From positions 320,001 to 384,000 of IMG/VR virus record IMGVR_UViG_3300014205_000170: a stretch of DNA of 64,000 nt; one strand, given 5' to 3'. Position numbers and translations under genes: made by a program. Below, piece by piece: positions 46,530-56,600 of this stretch (positions are counted from its first letter, which is position 1; every line of letters begins with the position of its first letter). Under the pieces are notes generated by a model. The model had not been told where the DNA came from. It saw only the letters and a program-made list of their open reading frames with translations, and ran no database searches. The stretch is from a virus. Taxonomy: Duplodnaviria; Caudoviricetes.

Positions 46530-46891
46530 TGCAATCAAGGTTTGTAATAACAGAATTTTTCAGAAAACCTGATTGTGATAATGGTATTGTTGCTTTGTGG
46601 TATTATAAAAACACGAATATTGTAAAGCGAGAAATTATTTTCGAGGGAAGTAAATTTTTTTGTGATACATTTTACGATTCATTAGGTAAGCGTCATAGAA
46701 ATAACGATGAACCAGCCATGGTTTATTCAGATGGACATATGCAATGGTATAATCATGGAGATAGACATAGAGGTCATTTTAAACCAGCAATTATAAGAGA
46801 AAACGGAGAGTGTGAATATTGGGTATATGGAGAGTTGAGATTTAAAACAGGGTCAAAAAATGTTTATGAAAATTATCTAAATGTTGGATAA
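46529..46891 (+). CDS. HR-x-x-x-PA repeat protein
   Basis: RHRNNDEPA...WY.HG.RHR...PA...YW..G. Confidence 0.6.
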   Translation: MQSRFVITEFFRKPDCDNGIVALWYYKNTNIVKREIIFEGSKFFCDTFYDSLGKRHRNNDEPAMVYSDGHMQWYNHGDRHRGHFKPAIIRENGECEYWVYGELRFKTGSKNVYENYLNVG

Positions 46892-46966
46892 CATCCACAA
46901 TTACGAGATTTTTGTGGATATTATACAACATTTATAAAAAAAAAATGAATTCCCTATTTATTAGGG

Positions 46967-47419
46967 ATGGCAAAGAAAAAGACAGCAGCTTCTATTTTAA
47001 AAAGAATTAAAAGGGCCGCAAAAATAAAATCCAGAACAAAAGCTCAAAAAGACGCTTACATCCAAGGAATGGCAAAAAGTATGGATAAGAATCCAACAGC
47101 GCCAGAAAAATCTTTTAAAGAACTTTTAGAAGAACTCAATATTAAGTATGAAACACAAAAAATTGTTGGAGGTAAAATCTATGATTTTTATATTCCTTCA
47201 AAAAACATGTTAATAGAGGTTGATGGTAACTACTGGCATGCAAAAGATAAGGAAATTAAAGATATGTCTTTGGTTCAAAAAAAAATCTTTTACAATGATT
47301 TAAAAAAGAATGTTATAGCAAAAAATTCTGGTTATGATATTGAAAGAGTTTGGGAAAATGAGATTTTAGAGGAGTATGAAAAAACTAAATTTAAATTCAA
47401 ATATTTGTTGTCGGATTAA
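46967..47419 (+). CDS. DUF559/Vsr-like PD-(D/E)xK endonuclease
   Basis: T.PE, YDFY, IEVDGNYWH, GY...RVWE. Confidence 0.8.
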   Translation: MAKKKTAASILKRIKRAAKIKSRTKAQKDAYIQGMAKSMDKNPTAPEKSFKELLEELNIKYETQKIVGGKIYDFYIPSKNMLIEVDGNYWHAKDKEIKDMSLVQKKIFYNDLKKNVIAKNSGYDIERVWENEILEEYEKTKFKFKYLLSD

Positions 47420-47883
47420 TTGTAAATTATAAAATTGTCTATATTAAGAGTTATAGTTAAAGTCACACGCTCTAATTCTTTCTTCTTTTTCTCTACACAA
47501 ACAATTCTTTTTATACTGTCATTTTGTAGTTGGTATTCTAAATCATTATCAATAAATGAATCTGTTTTAATAGCAGTAGGATATACACCCTCTAGTGCAT
47601 ATGCTATTTGGTTTCCTCTTACTATAATATTTTTTTTAGTACCATATGGTATTTGACCATAACTATACGCCCATTCAAAAAAATTATCACAATACTTATC
47701 ATAATAATGTATAAAAGTGAATTCAATAGGTTCAAAAACATGTCTACTAACATGTCTATTTCTGTTATTTGGAAAATAAACCTCATGAACTTCTGTTTTA
47801 ATTGAAGGAGTATCAATTAATGCTCTAAATGAATATAGAGTTTCTTCAAATGGTATTGTTATTTCTGCAACAATTTTTCTCAT
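47416..47883 (-). CDS. Diverged tail-tube paralog
   Basis: PSIKTE..EVYF.N, FEPIEFTFI, FFEW, KKNIIV, LEGVYPT align with 2977-3465. Confidence 0.55.
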   Translation of the reverse strand: MRKIVAEITIPFEETLYSFRALIDTPSIKTEVHEVYFPNNRNRHVSRHVFEPIEFTFIHYYDKYCDNFFEWAYSYGQIPYGTKKNIIVRGNQIAYALEGVYPTAIKTDSFIDNDLEYQLQNDSIKRIVCVEKKKKELERVTLTITLNIDNFIIYN

Positions 47884-48392
47884 GTTAATGTGGCCCTGTC
47901 AAATGATAATTTTAAATTATAATTTATATCTTTTAGTTTATGACCTTTTTTTTCAAATAATATTTTTCTCCTAAGTGTATTTTTATTTAAAATAATTTTA
48001 TCATATACATCTTGTGCATTTGTATTGTCAAGGTATAATTCTTCTATAATTGTTCCGTGTAAAGTCCATTTTTTAGTAACTTCACCAATTGGGTTAATGA
48101 CTTTTATCGAAATTATTTTTTTACAATTATTTTCACTCATTCTTTCAGCAGATGTTTCAACATAATTATTTAACCATTCCCCAAGAAATTTTTGTTTTTT
48201 ATATTCAACATCAATAAATTTAATTTCTATATTATCCCAATTATATTTTGTAGGTGTCCAGCAATTTATAAAATAAGGCATTTCTTCTTCATCACATGTT
48301 ATTTTAGGTTGCTCATTTAAACGACATTCAAAATCAACAATACCAAATTCGTTTGGAATTTCTAGAATGGTCCTCATCGATAGTTTCTTCAT
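47880..48392 (-). CDS. Diverged tail-tube paralog
   Basis: LEIPNEFG, PKIT, KYNWDNIEIKFIDV, EW, NPIGEVTKKWTLHG align with 2977-3465; start probably ATG 48392. Confidence 0.65.
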   Translation of the reverse strand: MKKLSMRTILEIPNEFGIVDFECRLNEQPKITCDEEEMPYFINCWTPTKYNWDNIEIKFIDVEYKKQKFLGEWLNNYVETSAERMSENNCKKIISIKVINPIGEVTKKWTLHGTIIEELYLDNTNAQDVYDKIILNKNTLRRKILFEKKGHKLKDINYNLKLSFDRATLT

Positions 48393-48496
48393 TACTTTAA
48401 ATTTATACAATACTTTACTTTTATGCAATAGTATGTTAATTTTCAAGAACCCAAAAAATTTCTTAATACTATCTATTAATATAAAAACATACAAAA

Positions 48497-49393
48497 ATGA
48501 GCGAAAATAATAACCAAGCTATTAATTTAGGGAGTAAAAAAGTGGACGACACCAATACGACACACACCCCAAATGTTTCATCTAAAATGGAATATGCTAA
48601 ACAAATGTCAGAAAACTCAGGTATTCCAGCTGAATTTGTGGATACGGAGTTTATGGTTCCAACAGATGAAATTGAATTACCATCTCAAGGGAAATATTAC
48701 CCTAACAATCAAAAATCTGTTAAAGTACAATATCTAACAGCGGAAGATGAAAATATTTTAACAAGTCCTGAACTTATAAAAAATGGTAGAGTATTAGACG
48801 TTTTGTTGGAACATGCTATTATTGACAAAGGATTACGACCAGAAGATATGCTTATAGGGGACAAGAACGCCATTCTATTGGCTTTACGTTCTACAGGTTA
48901 TGGAGATGATTATGAAGTTAAAATGAGCTGTCCTGAGTGTACAGAACAATATCCGACAAAAGTTAAATTGTCATCCTTAAAACATAAAGGAATGAGTATA
49001 GAACCAGACCAAAATGGAGAATTTTTAGTGGAGCTTCCAAAAATGAAAGCTCAAGTTAAATTTAGACTTTTAACCGGTAAAGATGAAAACTATTTGAATA
49101 AAAAAGTAGAGTCTGTAAAAAAACTAAAGAAAAATACAGGAACTTCTAATTTACTTACAGAAAGGTTCATTTTGCAATTAATGGAATTTAATGGAAACCG
49201 AGATAAAATTTACATTAGTAATGCTATTTCAAAAATGCCAATTGCTGATAGTTATTATTTAAGAGAATATATCGGAATTGTAGAACCAGGAGTTGATATG
49301 GAAACAGAATTTGAATGTAAACATTGTGGTCATGTTTATGAAGATGTTGTGCCTATAACAGCAAAATTATTCTGGCCAAATGCAAAAATTTAA
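48497..49393 (+). CDS. Baseplate hub assembly protein (T4 gp26-like)
   Basis: IELPSQG..Y, LTAEDENIL, LR..GYG..Y, CPEC, LP, FRLL, CKHCG, FWP. Confidence 0.75.
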   Translation: MSENNNQAINLGSKKVDDTNTTHTPNVSSKMEYAKQMSENSGIPAEFVDTEFMVPTDEIELPSQGKYYPNNQKSVKVQYLTAEDENILTSPELIKNGRVLDVLLEHAIIDKGLRPEDMLIGDKNAILLALRSTGYGDDYEVKMSCPECTEQYPTKVKLSSLKHKGMSIEPDQNGEFLVELPKMKAQVKFRLLTGKDENYLNKKVESVKKLKKNTGTSNLLTERFILQLMEFNGNRDKIYISNAISKMPIADSYYLREYIGIVEPGVDMETEFECKHCGHVYEDVVPITAKLFWPNAKI

Positions 49394-49399
49394 AAACTT

Positions 49400-50317
49400 G
49401 TGAAACCAACACCAAAATTATTAAAAGTCCCATTTGATGAAATTTTTCTACCATCTATGGGGCTTTTTTATGAAAAAAATTATAGTCATTTAAAAGTAAG
49501 AGAATTAAATGGTCATGATGAAATATTATTAGCATCCCCATTTTTCTCTCATAATGGACATGCAATTAAACTATTATTTAATAATATCATATTAGATTGT
49601 CAATTGAATTATGAAGACCTTCTTATTTGTGATAGAGATGCTATATTGTTGTATTTACGTTCTTCCACTTATGGTGATGAGGTTGAAATGGATTTTAAAT
49701 GCCCAGAGTGTAGCACGGAAGCTAAAGGTACTTTTCGTATTTCATCAGTAGAAGCAAAAGAATTAAAAGTTCCACCTAATGAAATGGGAGAGTTCGAATT
49801 TTTACTACCTTCTAGTTTGTCTTCTGAAAATATAATACAAATAAATTTTACTCCTTTAAAAGTTTCTCAAAGTCATATGATTAAAGATAGACAGTTAATG
49901 AGTCGCTATATGACACAGATAACTTCTATTAATGAAAATAATGATAAACAATATATTTTCAATTTTCTTAAAAAAATGAGGATTAATGATTCTAAGTGTT
50001 TAAGGGAATTTATGGATAAGGTTGAGCCTGGGTTTGAGGAAATGACCATGCACACATGTAATGCATGTGGTCACGTTATAAAAGACTTAATTAGAATCGA
50101 TGAATCTTTTATGAACTTACCACCAAATCATAGAAATTCAGTAAATGAAGAATGTTTTTTGGCATATTATTATGGAAAAGGTGTTACAAGAGCACAAGCT
50201 TATCAAATGTCAGTGATAGATAGAAAATGGACAATTAATAGAATTTCTCAAGAAATTGAAAAACAAAATAAAGCAGAACAAGAAGCTGTATCGAAAGCTA
50301 AGAAATCAAGAAAGTAA
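49400..50317 (+). CDS. Second gp26-like paralog with gp51-like C-terminal extension
   Basis: LPSMGLFY, LR..TYG, CPEC, CNACG; then AYQMSVIDRKWTINRI..E.EK. Confidence 0.7.
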   Translation: MKPTPKLLKVPFDEIFLPSMGLFYEKNYSHLKVRELNGHDEILLASPFFSHNGHAIKLLFNNIILDCQLNYEDLLICDRDAILLYLRSSTYGDEVEMDFKCPECSTEAKGTFRISSVEAKELKVPPNEMGEFEFLLPSSLSSENIIQINFTPLKVSQSHMIKDRQLMSRYMTQITSINENNDKQYIFNFLKKMRINDSKCLREFMDKVEPGFEEMTMHTCNACGHVIKDLIRIDESFMNLPPNHRNSVNEECFLAYYYGKGVTRAQAYQMSVIDRKWTINRISQEIEKQNKAEQEAVSKAKKSRK

Positions 50318-50903
50318 ATGTGATTATTGATGAAATCACAAAAATAATTCCTGAAACTAAAAAATCATTGTTTAATACATAATTGAAGAACTTATTGTTA
50401 TAATCTATTTTGGTTTTCATCAAAACTCCTTCCTTATAAAAGAATAAAAAATCACCATTTATTAGGGCTGGTTTTTTATTCTCTCTAGTAATCATTCCAT
50501 GTTTATACCAAACTGCGTGATTACGTGATTTTTTATAGACAACAGCAGGTAAATCATATTCTCTGTGCTTGTTGCCATTAACCCAATATTCTTCTGCTAT
50601 TTCTTCATTAGGTGTATTGCTTATGATAGCCGGTCTATTGTTTTGTCTATGTATGTTGCCATGTTTATACCAAATGAATAGACCCATTTCTAGAACAGCC
50701 GGATTATTATTATTTCTGTGTAGTCTACCATTATTATCGAAAAATTTAATTCCGACAGGAGTAGTTGAAAAATCAAAAAGTAATCTTGCAGAATCAATTT
50801 CAAATTTTTCAATAATCACCACACGTTCAACTTGTTCTGGTAAATGATGTTGAATCCTTTTTTGAAAGTCTTCTAAGTGTTTGGAAAATGGTGGAATATT
50901 CAT
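50298..50903 (-). CDS. HR-x-x-x-PA repeat protein with C-terminal TM
   Basis: LHRNNNNPA, IHRQNNRPA, KHREYDLPA, ITRENKKPA. Confidence 0.65.
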   Translation of the reverse strand: MNIPPFSKHLEDFQKRIQHHLPEQVERVVIIEKFEIDSARLLFDFSTTPVGIKFFDNNGRLHRNNNNPAVLEMGLFIWYKHGNIHRQNNRPAIISNTPNEEIAEEYWVNGNKHREYDLPAVVYKKSRNHAVWYKHGMITRENKKPALINGDFLFFYKEGVLMKTKIDYNNKFFNYVLNNDFLVSGIIFVISSIITFTFLIS

Positions 50904-50960
50904 CTCTACAAAAATAATAAAAATTTATGTCTTTTTTTAAAATATTTACAAGTGTAAATT

Positions 50961-51590
50961 ATGATGCCAAATATTGATAATCAAACTATTAAAATTGCCA
51001 ATCTTTTAAAGAAAACAGCCCCTTTTTTGAAAGATTTTTTATTTAATAGGTTTGTAGAGAAAAATGGCATGAATTTATGGGTTTTTACTCATAAATTTCC
51101 AGATTACACATTTCGTATAATATTCGGTGAAAAAAATAACCAATGGAGAGTTAAAATATTTGTATATTGGAAAAACAAAACTCATGAGCCAACCTTGGGT
51201 GCTGGAAAAGATTTTGAATTTCAAATAGGACCATTTAGTAATGTATTAGATGCTATTAAAGAGGTGGATAAAAAATTACAAAACAATCCAATTATGGGTC
51301 ACCATTTATATCATGATGATTTTGAATTAAATATGGATAAAGAAGCATTACCACTCTTACAAATGTTAAAATCTTCTAGCGAAAAATTATCTTCTATTGG
51401 AGATGTTTATTTTGATGATTTAAAGAAAATATATAATGCAATTAAGAATGTTCCAGAAGACAAATTGCTAAACTACTGTACTATCAACAACCCAAAAGAG
51501 GCTGATAAGCAAGATTTTCTTTTAGATTTACAAAAAATTCATAAGCTTGATTTTTACCATACAATGAAAGGTATGGGACATTTTGGGTAA
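50961..51590 (+). CDS. Hypothetical protein
   Basis: 209-aa ORF. Confidence 0.65.
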   Translation: MMPNIDNQTIKIANLLKKTAPFLKDFLFNRFVEKNGMNLWVFTHKFPDYTFRIIFGEKNNQWRVKIFVYWKNKTHEPTLGAGKDFEFQIGPFSNVLDAIKEVDKKLQNNPIMGHHLYHDDFELNMDKEALPLLQMLKSSSEKLSSIGDVYFDDLKKIYNAIKNVPEDKLLNYCTINNPKEADKQDFLLDLQKIHKLDFYHTMKGMGHFG

Positions 51591-51639
51591 TATTGACTTT
51601 TTGATTTTATTCTATTAATTTTATTGAAAAATATAAATT

Positions 51640-52029
51640 ATGGATAATATTACAAAAGAACAATTTTTAGAGATGTTTAAAAAAGAATGCGAAAATTGTG
51701 CATTCGAAGGAAAGGTTGAAGCTTTTAAAATATTGGAAACTCAACTAGGAGAATCCTCGGTGGAAATTTCAGTTTCAAATTTAATATCACTTCACGCGTT
51801 TAAAACTAAAGAGTTTAAAGAAAAACCATATTCATATACTGGACAAATTTTATTTCGTGGTTTTGTAGATTACAAAACGATTCCTATTCTTGAGGAAGAT
51901 TTCAATTCTCTAGTTGAAACTTGTAGTAAGAGCGAAAGTTTAGCTACAATGAAACTGAGAAATAAAATAATTTTAGAAGGTGAAGAATCTCTAAAACAAC
52001 TACTTCATTACAATACCTTAAAACATTAA
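51640..52029 (+). CDS. Hypothetical protein
   Basis: 129-aa ORF. Confidence 0.6.
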   Translation: MDNITKEQFLEMFKKECENCAFEGKVEAFKILETQLGESSVEISVSNLISLHAFKTKEFKEKPYSYTGQILFRGFVDYKTIPILEEDFNSLVETCSKSESLATMKLRNKIILEGEESLKQLLHYNTLKH

Positions 52030-52069
52030 TTTGGTTTAAAATTATTCTTTTCTGAACTATTTACATAGG

Positions 52070-52834
52070 ATGAAAGATTCAGTAAAAGAATTTGAAAATT
52101 TAAATCAAAAAGTAGAAGTACTTTTTGAATCTCTTTCTTTTTTAAATCCAAACAAATGGTTTAGTGATAAATCAAGCGATGCGGAAGCTAACAGGAACTA
52201 TTCTCAAAATTCCACTATCAATCAATATCTACAATCAATAGAGTCTGGAGAAGAATGCTCTCCTAATGCGCCAAATCAAAGATTTCACAGTGAGCCAGGA
52301 AGTAACTCTGCAACTTTTTATTCCATTAAAAATAAAAAGTTAGTTCCAACCGGTTTCGTAAAAGATATTAAGCCATTCTTGGCAAATTCTGGATTTTCCA
52401 AGAAAATGTTAAGATGTTATGATTTATCTAAAGATAGATTAAAAATAGGTTGGCTGTTTAATGGAGAATTTAATGCTGATATCTTAGATTGGGATAAAAA
52501 AAAGAGAAAAGTAATCTTTCAAGGACAATGGAAAAATGGTTTATTTGGCGGTATTAGCTATTCTAAACATAGCGATAAAGCTATTGAGTCTCCTTTGTCA
52601 AAAGAGTATTACATTCTTAAAAAACACCAAGAAATAGGTCCATATACTGCAGGGCAAATAATAGGTTTGGTTGAAAAAGGCAAATTATCCTTTGGGTCTA
52701 TTATAAGACCAATTGAATCAACTGATTATCAATATGTTAGTAATGATAAAAATTTAGCATTTTTATTGCAAAAACCAACGCCTAAAACTACACCAAAAAA
52801 GCCTAATTCTAATCCTGCCGGCCAACTAGGTTAA
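52070..52834 (+). CDS. Hypothetical protein with C-terminal GYF_2 (DUF4339)-like domain
   Basis: YYILKKHQEIGPYT..QI..LVEKGKL pattern. Confidence 0.6.
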   Translation: MKDSVKEFENLNQKVEVLFESLSFLNPNKWFSDKSSDAEANRNYSQNSTINQYLQSIESGEECSPNAPNQRFHSEPGSNSATFYSIKNKKLVPTGFVKDIKPFLANSGFSKKMLRCYDLSKDRLKIGWLFNGEFNADILDWDKKKRKVIFQGQWKNGLFGGISYSKHSDKAIESPLSKEYYILKKHQEIGPYTAGQIIGLVEKGKLSFGSIIRPIESTDYQYVSNDKNLAFLLQKPTPKTTPKKPNSNPAGQLG

Positions 52835-52878
52835 TGTAACCTTTTGTTCTATTTTTCGTTTAAAATTAAAAGAGCATT

Positions 52879-53526
52879 ATGAAAAATAAGACAAAACAAA
52901 CAATTAAACCCCTTAAAACACAAGAAAGTGTTGTTGTAAAAAAAACAGGGATTTTAGCTATTTTTTCTTTTTTACTTAAAGTAATAACTTTCCCATTTTA
53001 TTGTCTTTACTTGTGGTTGTTTAAAGTACCTCCGGTTCCAATGCCAGTGTTGGGTTTTGTAAGATTTTTGGTTTTTATTACTTTGTCTTTACAAAATAAA
53101 GCTTTTGAATTGTTCTTAAATGATTTTTGTGATAAACATAAATTACCATCATCGATTTCAATTGCTATTTTAGGAATCCTAGCCATAGTTATGTTAATAG
53201 GTTTGTTTTTCTCTTTTATGGAAACTTTCGGTTATCATGATGCAACATATAGTGGTGTTGGTTTTCATGACAATAAAAAGAAATATAACTCAAAATTCGA
53301 AGCTTTTAATGAAACACTTGAATATAGAGATAGTGTTTTAAAAACAAAATATGGAACAACACAAGTTGATGAATTGAAAAAGACAGGATTCATGACTGAT
53401 GTGCAACTAAATTCATTATCTAATTCTCCAGAAGTGAATGAGGCTCTAGAATTTGCCAATACGCGAATGAAGTCTTATGATACTGGAGCTAAATATAATT
53501 ACTTAAAAAGTCTCTTTGGGCACTAA
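52879..53526 (+). CDS. Membrane protein
   Basis: Three hydrophobic segments; preceded by TGTAAC-N16-CGTT. Confidence 0.6.
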   Translation: MKNKTKQTIKPLKTQESVVVKKTGILAIFSFLLKVITFPFYCLYLWLFKVPPVPMPVLGFVRFLVFITLSLQNKAFELFLNDFCDKHKLPSSISIAILGILAIVMLIGLFFSFMETFGYHDATYSGVGFHDNKKKYNSKFEAFNETLEYRDSVLKTKYGTTQVDELKKTGFMTDVQLNSLSNSPEVNEALEFANTRMKSYDTGAKYNYLKSLFGH

Positions 53527-53544
53527 AATTGCCTTTCTTACCTT

Positions 53545-53580
53545 AAAAACCGGTTAAACTAAAAATTAACCGGTTTTTTT
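53545..53580 (+). terminator. Intrinsic terminator
   Basis: AAAAACCGGTTAA/TTAACCGGTTTTT. Confidence 0.75.
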
Positions 53581-53663
53581 ATTGCTAAATGTTCCGCTTT
53601 TCCCTGTATCAATTAGTTTTAAATATATTGAGTGAGTTTTTTATTCAATTATATTTATCCTAA

Positions 53664-56600
53664 ATGGCAAAAGAACTAAATCCTAAAGACTTAAAGAAGC
53701 TTCTTGAACTTCAAGAAAGGATGACTAAATCTGGCGTAGATTGGTCAAACTCAATGAAGTCGTCTAAAGGTTTTGTCGATTCAATATCAAATCAATTATT
53801 TGGAATGGGTTCTAGTAAATTTTTTGAGGAGGTTAAATTCTCTGCGGAAGATTTATCAAAAATGAGTGAGGATGTAAAAGTCTTGGATGATGCTTTACAA
53901 GATGCTTCTGCGACAGTTAATAAAGATTTTAAAACTGCTTTAGCAAACGCTAGAAGAGAAAGTACAAAAATGGGTGTAGATTTTAATGCAAATTTAAATA
54001 CTATGCTTGATAATTTATCTTCTACAATGCCTGAAATAGCAAAAGAAATTGCTGATGCTATAAGTTCTAAAACTTTTTCAGGTATGTCAGAAGAGGCAAT
54101 GAAAGAATTTAGAAAAATAACAAAAGATAAAGAAGGTTTTAATAGATTAGAAAAATTTTTTGATTCAAAGGCGGTAAAAAACATAAAAGAGATTGAAAAA
54201 GAATTAGGAAAAACAAATGAAATGCTTCAAAGTAATGGTCAAACAACTTTGAAGTGGGATAAAACTCTTAATACAATTGCAGAAAGATTAACACGAGGAT
54301 TCAATTTAAATTCCCTTAGAGACTCTGTATTAAGTTATGACCAAACTTTAACAGATGCACAAAAAGATACCGGAATAGCCTTTAAAAATAATTCTATGGG
54401 TATGGCTGACCTTACTAGTTATACTCAACAGTTTGGTCTTGGAGTTAAAGAAGCTGGAGAATTAATGGGAAATCTTGGTGGTGTTTTAAGAACAACAGAT
54501 TTCAACATATTATCAGAAGCTGCAAAAGATATGGCAGCCATTGGAAAATCAACAGGATTGTCTGCAAATGAAGTCGGAGACCTTGGTGGTCAAATGATGT
54601 TGTTAGGAAAATCTTCTAAGGATGTAAGTCAATTTGCAGAGAACACAATGAAATCTGCAATGAACTTTGGAGTGAATGGAAGAAAAGTAATGCAAGATAT
54701 TGTCAAAAACTTACCAAAGTTTAGACAAATGGGTTTTCAAGGTGGAGAAGAAAGTTTAAAGAGAATGGCAATACAAGCCGAAAGACTTGGTCAAAATATT
54801 GATGAAATTTTTGACATGTCTAAACGCGCTAGAAATATAGAAGGTGCTCTTGATATGGCATCACAATTACAATTAGCCGGTGGTTCTTTCGCAAATATTA
54901 ATCCAATGGATTTATTATCTGCTGCAAGAAAAGGTCCAGAAGAATTACAAAAAATTCTTGGACAAATGGGTAAAGATATTGGTAAGTTTGATAAAGCAAC
55001 AGGTCAAATGGCTTTTGATGCTGTTGATTTTGATAGATTACAAATGGTTGCAGATGCAACTGGTATGAGTGTTGATAGTTTGCAAAAGCAAATTACAAAA
55101 ATGAATCAAGATGCATCAAAAACAGAATTAATTCCTCCGGGATTGTTTGATAGTCTTTCAGAAGAACAAAAAGCATTCTTGCTTAATAGTGTTGGTAAGG
55201 ATGGTAAACTTTCAATGTCTATTGATGGTGTTGATGATGTTGGGAAGCTTACAACAGGAAACATTCAAATGGAATTAGAAAGACAAGCTAAAGAAAAGGG
55301 TAATTTAGAAGAACAAGCAAAACAAAATACAAGTTTTCAGGAAAGTATTAAAAATTTGAAAGATTCAATCATGAACATTTTTGTTGTGTTTGAACCCGTA
55401 ATAAAAGCTTTAACAAGATTTATACAATGGTTAAATGCAGCATTTTCAAGTTTTGGAGTAATAGGAAAAACAGTATTTGCAGTTGCATTAGGTGGTTTAG
55501 CATTATTATTTAGTGCTGGAAAACAATTTGCCAATGGTGTTTCTTTTGGTAAAGGATTTCAATCTGCTGCCGGAATGGGAGGGCAAGGCGGCGGAATTAC
55601 AAGTATGTTTAAAAAAGGTGGTGGCGGTGGAGGAATCCCTAGTCCTTCCGGAGCTGATGCAATTCCAGATAAAGGTAAACCAGGAGGATTTCTTGAAAGT
55701 TTAGCATCAGGACTAAAAGCTTTTGGAAAAGATATGGCACAAATTATTAAGGGTGCAGTTGCTTTAAGTCTTTCTGCTTTGTTAATAGGAGGTGCATTAG
55801 TTGCAATTACTGCTGGTATAGCTGCTTTTGGTGGTGATGCTACAGGAGGTCAATTGGTTACTTTTGGATTGGCTTTAGTTGGATTAGCAGGCACAATGTT
55901 TTTAATGAGTAAAATCATGGGACAAGTAAGTCCAGCAGATATTTTAAAAGGTAGTTTTGCTATGGTGGTTATGGGTGCTGCTTTGGTGCCATTTGCGTTT
56001 GCTATGCAAATGATGTCAGGTATTCCATGGACACAAATGCTTGCTTCGTTGGGAATAGCAGCATTAGCTGTTTTGGCTCTTGCAGGTATTGGTGCAATAA
56101 TGATGACACCTGCCGGAATTGCATTTTTATTTGGTGCTGGAGCACTTGCAATAGCAGGTTTATCTTTAATGGTTTTTGGAGCTTCTTTATTAGTTGCAGC
56201 ATCAGGTTTTAAAGCAATGACCGAAATTAATTGGGATAGTTTCTCATCAATGGGAAGTGCCTTATTATCAATTTTGCCTGGATTATTAGGATTGGCCGGT
56301 ATTGGTTTATTTGCGATTCCATCATTGTTATTAATGAGTTTTGCTTTAGGTTCATTAGCTGCTGTTATGTCTATATTAGCCCCAGCAATGTCTGTTGCTT
56401 CTATGGCGACACATTCTATGGCTTCTGGTATAACTGAATTAAAAGAAGCTATAAAAGGACTTGATACTAGTAAATTAGAATCAATGGCAGATGCTGCTGA
56501 AAGATTATCAGTAGGAACTGCAATAGGCGGTTTAGCAAATGCTATTTCTGGTTTTGCAGGTGGAAAATCAGAAAAAGAAACTACTGTAAGAATAGCACCA

